Source: Perkinsus olseni
Lineage: Eukaryota
Assembly: GCA_013115125.1 (NCBI GenBank)
Contig: JABANN010000268.1
Location: 1 to 44,864 of the forward strand
Direction of reading: 5' to 3'
Length of the DNA: 44,864 nucleotides
A model generated the notes under the pieces. That model was not told the origin of the DNA and did not search any database. It saw nothing but the letters and a program-made list of their open reading frames with translations. Each line of letters opens with the position of its first letter. Position 1 is the first letter of the stretch. This document shows positions 35,715 to 44,864 of the stretch, in pieces. The position numbers and the translations under genes were made by a program.

Positions 35715-36110
35715 ATGACTTTCACTGATCCTGAGAAGGTTTGTGAAGAGGCTCAGCGGTATCTAAAGACCGTGGATCATCTCCCACAGTTTCAGGATCC
35801 GATGGCCAATGGAACATTGGTAGTATCGAGAGCGAGGGGTCACTGGGCACCGTTTCCCTTCCAGGTCGAAACGCCGTACGGAGTTGGCGTTATGTGTGGT
35901 GTGGATTCTCACGGCCGGGCCTCCGTGCAGCTCGGCTCGATGCGACTCTGCATTAATCAGTCTCAAGTCAACTTCCTCCCTGAGAAGCTACCCGCTGGGG
36001 GGAGCTTCGATGGTACCTCCGTCTGTCATGACAATTTGAAACGTGGTCGTCACTCTGTTGATGAAGCGAACGCTTCCGGATGGAGTGGTAGAAAATGCAA
36101 GCGGTCTTGA
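35715..36110 (+). CDS. Small hypothetical protein
   Basis: ATG followed by an open frame with plausible in-frame short introns; VETPYGVGV beta-hairpin-like segment; no family recognised. Confidence 0.4.
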   Translation: MTFTDPEKVCEEAQRYLKTVDHLPQFQDPMANGTLVVSRARGHWAPFPFQVETPYGVGVMCGVDSHGRASVQLGSMRLCINQSQVNFLPEKLPAGGSFDGTSVCHDNLKRGRHSVDEANASGWSGRKCKRS

Positions 36111-38010
36111 ATTTCTTGCTAGACCAGGCTTGCTTGCCGGGCCCGGTCTGAGAAAGTTGATTCGATTCGAGTGTCGTAACACTGCCATCGGAATGGTTAC
36201 CCCGCTGTCTGGCTGATAGCCGCATAGGAGTAAAGGCAGGTTGATCTCGGAATTGCATTGGAGGGGTCGAGTTGTCGGTCAATGGGGCTGCGGTAGGACA
36301 TGGAAACATTGCGGTGAGGCGTTGGTTCGCACTTATGGTAAAGTGTTTTCGCAGGATTCGCAGGCGATTTGGGAAGGACTGGTCTCTACTTGCGGATGGC
36401 TCAGAGAAACTAGCGAGAACGCAGCGTGGTGGAAGTCAGTGGCAAGGTGATAGGGGGTCTCTGGGTACACATACTTACGGAAATTCTCGGGAGGACTCGG
36501 GAGGAGCCGTTCCTGGAAGCTCAGAGTTTAGTTCATGACTTCTCGACGATCGCTTTATTAGACTTTTCGCGGCGATGTTTCAATTAAAGTTGCCTCGGGA
36601 GAGGCGAGGGTATGCCACACGCGGCGAGTAGTGCAAGGCCGAGGCGACATTCGAGAGAAGCCTCTGTCAGAGACAAAAGGACATTTCTCCCCTGCTAAAA
36701 ATTGTTGTGACAGTTCTAGCTTGCAGTAGCAAGCATATGAGTTGTCACACTCATAAGAACAGATACTACACTTGATCATAGCCAAAAGGCCGAGAAGGTA
36801 TGCTTCTTAGTAACCCCGATAATCTATTCGCAAAAGCGATGCAACGAAGATGTGGTATGATGGAAACTCGCCCGCCCTGAACTTAGCGTACGGGCTCCTC
36901 CACACAATGGTGCTGTCTCCCTCTGGATGGGCTTTGCTTCGCACTGTACGACACCATAAGTCGTCGTCGATGCGCCAATTGCCAAATGCGGCGTTGGGGA
37001 GGGTAAGCTGCAGATGAATGGGTAACTGGCGACGGTTCTCGCCATCGTCACCTGCGGGCCGCCGGGGCTATGCCACTGCGACTCTTCCGGCGGCGGGGTT
37101 GTTCGGACAGTGTCCGCGTTGGGTGCGGATATTCTGGCTACGGCTTGGGCCGACCGGAAAGAGAGGACGGAGTTTACTGAGATGAGGCTATGGAGGAGAT
37201 TGGTGATTAAATCAACAGCGCCCCAGCGCGGATGAGAGGCCCTCAGGTACTTAAGGGCATGCGCGAAAAAGTGAGATTCTTAGAGGCTTCCGCGCCTACA
37301 ATCAGAGTATCCTTTGCGCCGTGCCTCGCTTTGGTCAGCGTTACGTAGACCCTGAAGGCGCCGCCACTGCGCCTCTTCGAGTGTTTATTACAGTTGCCCG
37401 CTAACGGGCGCCCTAAAAATTGCCTAAATGACCGTTAGATCATTAGGACGGGAATTGGAGTAGTTTTCAACTAGCAATAAGCGCATCTCCGCAAGGCGTC
37501 ATAGATAGCGCTATTGCCCCTCCCGCAAGGATAGCTGAAATGGCGCCGACAGAAGCTTCTCGGGCGCGATGTGGGAATGGAGTGGTATGGGAGTGACAGC
37601 GGAGCGAAGCGAGACATGTTTATCACTTTCGCTTTTTATTCTTCATCCTGTTACTCCCGCTCAAACCGGATCACATAACCATACCGTATTAGCGTGGACC
37701 ACCACGGGAATCTGGATAATGATCATTGGATGACAGCAGCCACTCGGCAGTCGGTTATTGCCGAGCCAGCTCATGTTCTCGGGCCTCGTAGCAGACAATC
37801 TGCTAGCGCGGGGAGACAATCGACACAAGCTATAATCCCGACCGCCAGTGTGCAGACGCCCCCCTCAAGCGTGAATGAATGATTTTGTCGCAGACGGTGG
37901 GTACTTTGTGGAGAAAAAAACTCCTCCCTTTGCCGGTTAGGCTTTGTGAGCAGCAATGTGTATAATGTGCAGTTGCGTCTTCCTCTCAGTTCGTTGCTCC
38001 AGTCGCCGTT

Positions 38011-39171
38011 ATGTTTAGTCGACTCTGCACCCTCGCAATCATCACCGCCCCCTGCGTCTCCGCTTGGGGTGTTGACGGTCACTCGACCGTGGCCGAGGTT
38101 GGCGACAACCGTCTCTCGGTGAACGCCAGACAGGCCGTCAATGCCATTATGGGTGATGGCGTCCGCCTTGGAGAGTTCTCTAGCTGGCCCGACTTCATTC
38201 TCCACGGTACTCCTGAGGAGAAGGAAGACTGGGGATGGTCTGCCGGATTGCACTATGCCGATTCTCAAGACTGCACTTTCGTGTACGACCGTGACTGCAA
38301 GGACGACTGGTGCGTCGCTGGTGCCATCAAGAACTACACCCGAAGGGTTGCCGATGAGTCCCTCTCCCGTTACGAGCGTCAGGTGGCAATGAAGTTCCTC
38401 GTCCATTTCATGGGTGACATCCACCAGCCCCTTCACGCTGGAAGCTCCTCCAACCTTGGTGGTAACTTGATCAAGGTCACCACTGACTTTGCCAACAACA
38501 AGAGCACCAACCTTCACTCCGTGTGGGACTTCAGTCTCCTCGATCAGTGGGAGCTCGAGCGTTATGCCGGCCAGTACGTCTTCCAGGACGATCCGGCTGA
38601 TCACCCCGGCGAGGATGACGAGATTCAGAGGATTGATCGCACCCGCTTCTGGACTAACATCGTCGACTCTATCGGTGTTGATTTGATGGTTGGTGGAAAG
38701 TACGCCGACAAGGTCGACGGCTGGCTGAAGGACTGTGAGACTAGGGGTATTGATGAGTGTGTCAACACTATGCTCGAAGACGATGTGAATGTCGCCTGCA
38801 GTATGGCCTACACTAACGTCGACGGCACTCCGGTGAAGAGCGGTGATGTCCTCTCCTTCGACTACTACACTACTCGTATTGAGACTGTCAGGGAACAGCT
38901 GGCTAAGGGAGGTGTTCGTTTCGCCTGGTTGTTGAACAACATCTTCGAAGATGGCACCACCGTCATCGATGACGCCACTACCACTCCCGCTCCTGCGACT
39001 ACTACTGCCCCCACCACTACCCCCAGTATGTCTTGCGAGGAGGCCGATAAGGTCTGCGCCAAGTCTTTCGATGGCTCTTATTGCAAGTACTGGCTTGACC
39101 AGCCCGTTTGCTCCGGTAGCGATGAGCCTTGCTCCTGCTCAGCTCAGTCCACCGCTGCGGCCGACTTGTAA
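38011..39171 (+). CDS. Secreted S1/P1 nuclease with Thr/Pro linker and C-terminal Cys-rich module; intronless
   Basis: 386-aa ORF: signal peptide, mature N-terminus WGVDGH, WPD, LHYAD, CVAGAIKNYT, FLVHFMGDIHQPLH, NLHSVWD, QLAKGGVRFAWLLN; then TTTPAPATTTAPTTTP and a six-Cys tail. Confidence 0.96.
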   Translation: MFSRLCTLAIITAPCVSAWGVDGHSTVAEVGDNRLSVNARQAVNAIMGDGVRLGEFSSWPDFILHGTPEEKEDWGWSAGLHYADSQDCTFVYDRDCKDDWCVAGAIKNYTRRVADESLSRYERQVAMKFLVHFMGDIHQPLHAGSSSNLGGNLIKVTTDFANNKSTNLHSVWDFSLLDQWELERYAGQYVFQDDPADHPGEDDEIQRIDRTRFWTNIVDSIGVDLMVGGKYADKVDGWLKDCETRGIDECVNTMLEDDVNVACSMAYTNVDGTPVKSGDVLSFDYYTTRIETVREQLAKGGVRFAWLLNNIFEDGTTVIDDATTTPAPATTTAPTTTPSMSCEEADKVCAKSFDGSYCKYWLDQPVCSGSDEPCSCSAQSTAAADL

Positions 39172-41339
39172 ATCCCTTGCTTTCGTTACAGTAGCTTAGG
39201 ATTCCCCTATGTACGTGTACGTGTGCGCTTTAGTGAGGCCATGTGAATGGCCATCACGGCGTTTTCGATTTCTTTCCTGTTCTCGTTTCGTGTGCGCTTA
39301 CTCTGTATCTATAGCGGATGGTGTGTATTCTACTTCTTCTCGAGATTTAAATTTCTATTGATGCCATAACTGGGTCGGATTGGATCACACACGTGCGTGC
39401 TTTGTGGCCCAGATCAGCGTGTGCTCGCGTTGTGTTGAGAGTAGTCAATATGTGTGACCTGGGGTTCATCAGGAGTTCCAGCCGGGCAGGGGCTCGTTTC
39501 GTGGTGCGCACTGTGCGTGTCGTTCCTTTTCTGGCTACCTTCCCTGAGCGGCGCGACGGGGGTGCGCTGCTTCCTCCCTTTGTTCTTCATACTTCGGTTC
39601 TACGTCGCTGGCCGGCAAGACGAGGGCTTGTTTTCAACCCTTCGTTCCCGCTGGCAGCTCTTTGTTTTCAATGATAGGTGGGCCCTGTTTCGTGAGCTTC
39701 TAGGGGTCGTATGTTGTTCACAGGTGTGGGCTAGGTGAATGATGACGCGGAACGAAGGGCTTGGCACCCAGACACCGGTTATTTGTTCACATCGACGAGG
39801 TTCTACGTTCAGCAGGCGGAGGTGATCCTGGGTTGGTGTAGCCTGCCCTGGGGGCGAGTCGACGCGGAATGCTGCGCCAGGCGCGCACCTCGAAGCTCGT
39901 GGCGGTGTAGAGCACAGACACCGTGGAGGGCTACAGCACTGACGGCGCCCTGGGCACTACGAAAAATAATGATTCATGAAGATGTTAGAACTTCAAGCCG
40001 ACAGCCAACGGAGAGCGGACGAAATCCAATGGTAGGCAGTTTTTGTGCGGCGGAGTCAGTGAGGCCGTCTTCCGCCAGTAGCCGCCCGATCGTCGGCGGC
40101 ATGTGACCGTGGTAGCGTCGCATTGCCGATGCGCAAGCTTCGCTATGTTTTCCTCGCGGCTCGGCTTCGGCCAAACCCTACCAATGTTCTTGTTACGTAG
40201 TTGGAGCACCAGGCTCCGCAAAAATTGTGTAAGGTCACATACGTGCAGTCACAACACGGCAATCTTTAGTAAAAGGCGAAAGATTGATTCGCGGTGAAAT
40301 GACCACTGTGTTACGCTTAGATGTCCTTCAGATGCCTTGTGGGGCGATTTTTCGGGAAAGGAGTGGTATGCACGCATGCGCGTTGCGTGCTGCTCCTGTC
40401 TCCTTTCTCTCCGACAATAACATGATAACCCCTATGCGCGTATCCTACTCAACGAGCTGTGGAGTCTCCCACAAAGAATGAGTGGTGTGAGCTCGGACAC
40501 ATTAAAACACTGATATTCGACAGCACGATAATTCGGAATCCGGAGACATCGGTTTTCGACCAAGGCAGCCGATCCTTTCGTCGCTACCATTCGAAATTTC
40601 GAGTGGATACTTTTGGCGGTTCTACTTGGGAGATCAGTGGGACCCCGAGAAGTAGGCCCAACATTACGGGTTGCGTCTGTGGCTGTGGGAAGGCGGTGCG
40701 TATCATTACTGGCCGTCTGAGGATAGTTGATCATTCGACTTCGATCAGGGAGCAGTTGAGGCATCCCAGTTACCCTGGCAGGAATGCTGGCTCCTATTCC
40801 TTGACTAAAAACTTTAGTGAAACAATTCTCTACTAGTTGTTCAGGTTGCTGCCATAATCTATGGCGCCCTGGCTGCCAGGGCCCGGCACTGGGAGCCCAG
40901 CCTAGGGCCTTTTCTGATGTGATGTTTGTGATCGCACTCGTCCGGCGTGTGCACGTCCTAATGCTGTCGAAATGCCCATATCAGGCCTGGCGGTCATAAT
41001 GTAACCCTTCATTATGTTTACGAGTTGTTGTTCTTCCTGCGACTTGACGCGACTTGTGTGCTGACAGTTAATCTCTGATCGGTGATTGAACGGGATCGCG
41101 TATGGTATGGCATGGAAGCGGGCATTTCGTCCACTCCGAGATCGATACATCTGTCACTAATTGGTGTACCATTGTTTCATACTACCCTACCGGCCCATGA
41201 TTGTAGAATCTTGGCTGTCGCGCATCGTAGGTCTATTCACCCGTTCAACCTAGCAGGCCGCATGCATTCAGCTGCCTCATTTTTAGAAGCGGGAAGAGCA
41301 GCGAGCCGTTACTGGTGAGTCACAAGTAACGTCACCAGT

Positions 41340-41640
41340 GGTGACGAGCTAGTACCGCTATCACCGTTCTCGTTTTGGGACTCATTCTCATCCTTTTGTC
41401 GTCCTCGGCGGATTCGTATTCTGGAGATTCGACCTACAGTACATGTGGGTGGTCTATGATTGTCAGCTCGTTCGTGCCCGTCTGATGCGCGGCCATTGAG
41501 GTTCTCAGACTAGTAGATGTTCTGTTATAGGGCGCGGTTTGAACTATTGGATCGCGAGAGGAGTCCTCCGTATTCCGTATTGTATTGCGCTCCAGTTGAG
41601 AGAGCGCAAGGCGGAGACCGACATGCACTTGGGGCTCCGC
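41340..41640 (-). pseudogene. Decayed ORF of unknown family, copy 1
   Basis: Reads GTNELTIIDHPHVL*VESPEYESAE..RTVIAVLARH; homologous to 43545-43686; in-frame stop. Boundaries unknown. Confidence 0.5.
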
Positions 41641-42513
41641 GCTTGAAGCCGTGAATTCTACTGAGCATCCTTGGAAGAGGACTTGAGCGTCATTTCAAAA
41701 AGCATCTTCGAACCAGTTGTCCGCATCTGAAAATTGAGGATATGCCTGGGCGTCCATGATATTTGCGAATGGGCATGATATACATGGCAGTGTGAAGTGT
41801 ATGAGGTAATTTACCTAAGGTAAGTGACTTACCGTAAGTCTTCACTGATAACCATGTAGGCCTATTGACGGTGAGCCATAATCTTCCCGGTCCAGGTGGC
41901 CTATCTTCATTTGAGGAATAGGGCATATCTCCATGGTGCGCTTTTGCCTCACGGTAGCCACTATAGTGAATTGCGTTGAGACGTTTGTCAATCTAACCCT
42001 TCTCCCGCCAAGATCATCTCTGTAGATCCATGCAGGGGAAACAGCTTTCCGCTCGTTCCCGCGTGTCGGGAAGAATGAACTTTCATGGCCTCGGGGGCCT
42101 TTCACGCCCTAACTTGGCACCTGAAGCCATGCAATGGCGCTCGTAGCTAGATGTAATATAATGTATATATACTACTATGCTGCCGCGAAATCATCACATT
42201 TTGCAGTCGCCCAGGTACCGCGCAGTCCTTGGTCAGGCTAGTGACTTTGTAGCACTACGATCGAATCTCAGTCGCGGGAGGGAGAAGCGGTAACTGCTTT
42301 CTGACTTGATTGAGCCACTCTAGTCAGTGTCGCTCGTCCCGTCCTCATGCCTGCTGAAGCCAAGACCCTTTCGACGAATGAACCAGCGGGGGGCGAATCT
42401 GGAGGTAGGGTAAACAAGGTGCTCGAATCAGCAAGCATTTTCTTCTTGGCGTGGCGTCACTCCCAACAGTAAACTGGCTTCTCGAGCTTCCCTTTATAGC
42501 CTAGTTGTAGTAG

Positions 42514-42960
42514 TTGCAGCCACTACAGGATAGTGTTACAGTTTCTTACTGCCCTTCAGTGAGACGAGATGGGAAAATATCCGAGCTCGTCTTTCGTGTT
42601 GGCGACGTCGCAAAGTACGAAGTCGGAGAGGTTATCTGCTCACCAACGAAACTGTTTGAGCTCTTCAACTACCATGTAAACCGCACCTTCTGCTCTGCTG
42701 GGTGTTCCCTATATTGCTATCTGTGCTCTCTACCCTGTCAGCTCGAAGTGTGTCCCATGGGCGAGGCCGAAGACAGCTTCAGCGCTTACATTTGCCGGGT
42801 CCCCATAGACGTTACGTAAGCAGGCTTTGCGGTATAATTCTGGCGGGAATATCTCCAGCCCATACTCTGAGTTCAGGTGTGGACTCCCGAATCGTGTACG
42901 AAAACGTTAACTACGAGATTATCCTAGTGAACCAGCGGAATAGCGGGGAATCGATCGTAA
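42514..42960 (+). CDS. Fragment of a spliced hypothetical gene
   Basis: Three protein-like exons separated by GTAA..CAG introns of about 60 nt (..LFNYH | LEVCPM..PIDVT | VDSRIVYENVNYEIILV..). Ends unknown. Confidence 0.35.
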
Positions 42961-43539
42961 GCATTCTCTCCTTCGGCTGCCGAAGCTCGGCAACTGGTGC
43001 TCCTGTATGAAGGCACGTTAAATGCTTATGTATCACTGCTTTCGCGGCTCCTCCTTAGACAGTTAGCCTTACTACGCACGAGACATCCGATCAGACTGAT
43101 AAATCGGTTCCTGCTGAGCAGAGGGACCGCAGGAGTTAGTTAACGCCGCGTTTTCATATCTCATTGAGGGCTGCCACAGTAGAGCATGCTTCGTGTTTTC
43201 CTGGTCCGCCAAGAAGAGAAGGCTCTCCGGAAGCGAAATTGCCCAGCGGGGAGCGGCTGAGGTTTTGAAATGAAGCTGACCTCTTGACGGCTCTTGATGG
43301 AGCACGGTGTTCCTGTCTTTCACAACTTCGCCATGATGTATGGGCTGGAATCTTTTGAGAACGCCTGTTTCACAAGAACAGTTCTCGATTGCGTTGCTAG
43401 TACTCTGGCTCCGCGCATTATGGTAGTAGAATAGCACCTCGGCTATTGTGCATCATAGGTCAATTAACCCGTTCTCAATCGAGCTGTCCGCAAAAATCAG
43501 CCGCCCAACTTCAAGAAGCCGGAAGAGCAGTCAACATTC

Positions 43540-44600
43540 ACTGATGACGGGCTAGTACCGCGATCACCATCCTCGCCATTGAGGCTCATTTCTATCGTTT
43601 TATCGCCTCGGCGGAATTATATGCAGGGGAATCACCATACAATACATCTAGGTCGCCCATGATTGTCAATTTGTTGGTTCCCCGTTCTCCCATCTGAGCG
43701 CCGCATCGGTCGTGGAAATGGATGTCCCCAGCGGCTGAATTGACTTTCTTGATCATTAGCTCGATGGCCTTATTCGCGGTATCGAACTCTTTATTCCTAA
43801 ATGCCCGCCCCTCAAGTGACTTTTCTATCCGCCAACTTGAGGCATCCAGCGCAGGCGCTTGTGGTTCAGGCCCGCTGCTTCGGAGGGCATGTTTAAAAGA
43901 AGGGCTCTAGTGGATCCATTTTAGTCGATCGATGCAAGATTGCGACGTAATGATGCTTGGGCGAACAGAAATTTTGAGCCAATTGGAATGCTCCCGGTGC
44001 CAGCGTAGTGATACTGTATTCTCCCTCCCTCCGCGGTGACCGTAAATCGTTACAGCTGGAAACACCGGATGTATTGCAGTGTTACTCCTTGGGCTTAGTT
44101 CTCATGCCCGGAGTAATGAGAATCTCGGCCGAAGGCGCGGAGAGTGGAGGTAGGCTTGAGAATGATACTCATGCCGACCTTCGAATCATATCAGCCCTTC
44201 TTGATGCTTTCGGCACTACATGTCGAAAACTCAGTGCAGGGCGCAGAGCGATCAGCCGTTGGGCAGGCCTCAGCTTGGAAACCCCATGCAGGGGCGCTGA
44301 AAGGTCTACTTCTGCTTCTACTCAGATGACGAACACCCAAGAGTATCCGAGCTTGTCTTCCGCATCGAGAATGTCACCAAGTACAAAGTCTGGGAATCTA
44401 TTAAGTCGCCAACCAAACTCGTCGAGCACTTCAACTATCAGGTGAATGGTGACTTCGTGTTGCCGATCACTAGTAGCTGTTCGTGTCTATATTGGATATT
44501 GGAGCTCCTTAATATTCCCAAGGTCGTCGCGTATCCGGGAGGTCACCCTGATCATCCGGCTGGCGGCGAGGAATTGGCTGTGTATGTACATTTACTAGGT
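43540..44600 (-). pseudogene. Decayed ORF of unknown family, copy 2
   Basis: Reads GTNKLTIMGDLDVLYGDSPAYNSAEAIKR*K*..RMVIAVLARHQ*; protein-like upstream pieces (LIVEVLDEFGWRLNRFPDFVLGDILD) are broken by stops and frameshifts. Confidence 0.45.
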
Positions 44601-44864
44601 AGGGAAAGTGAGGAAGGTCTAAGGCTTGTCTTCATCTCTTCTTCGGCTCCACAGCGCTTACATCTCAGGAACCGAAGAAGCTCCTCAGCCACTCAAGCTT
44701 ACCGTCACGCTGGTGAATCATAGAAAGCTACAGTAGCGGATTCTCATGTGAGCAGGATCGTCAGCGCCACGTTTTCAAGAATGTGTGATTTTGTAGATGG
44801 ATGACGATTGCTCGCATCGTATCTTCCGGCATATCTTGTCACACCTCGCTCCGCCCAGCGGTTT

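Noticed and set aside
36558-36785. Cys-rich minus-strand ORF
   Set aside because: Short, with no recognisable domain or gene context.
37771-38604. 277-aa minus-strand ORF
   Set aside because: Antisense shadow of the codon-biased S1/P1 nuclease gene.
39400-41300. Possible transposon or retroelement remnant
   Set aside because: No RT, integrase or transposase motifs, LTRs or TIRs recognisable.
43970-43990. TTGGCTCAA resembling a spliced-leader relic
   Set aside because: Only 9 nt match the dinoflagellate/Perkinsus-type leader.
1-44864. CRISPR arrays, rRNA genes, prokaryotic operons
   Set aside because: None seen; the window is eukaryotic and most listed short ORFs are intron read-throughs or antisense shadows.

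Overview
Intron-dense eukaryotic (protist) genomic DNA. Gene style suggests an alveolate, most likely Perkinsus (inference, not proven): most introns are about 45-70 nt GT-AG, genes are tightly packed and nearly all on the + strand, and one gene ends in a Cys-rich 'SYCKYW' module. The ORF track is largely uninformative, so genes were reconstructed by hand-splicing and multi-exon coordinates are approximate spans. In order: three tandem glutathione synthetase-family genes (the first has lost most catalytic residues; the other two share a gene-conversion tract), a hypothetical membrane protein, USB1/Mpn1, and a minus-strand gene encoding eight tandem group I truncated (2/2) haemoglobin domains arranged as four A-B pairs behind an N-terminal extension. 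Then two tandem GH5 endoglycoceramidase-like genes, CAF-1 large subunit, two small hypothetical genes, an intronless secreted S1/P1 nuclease, and a degenerate 3' region with two decayed paralogous ORFs. All three intact tRNA genes (Leu-CAA, initiator Met, Cys-GCA) lie inside introns of protein genes. One 49-nt intron is almost entirely a collapsed tRNA (acceptor strands plus T-arm). Several other oversized introns carry unexplained structured sequence.
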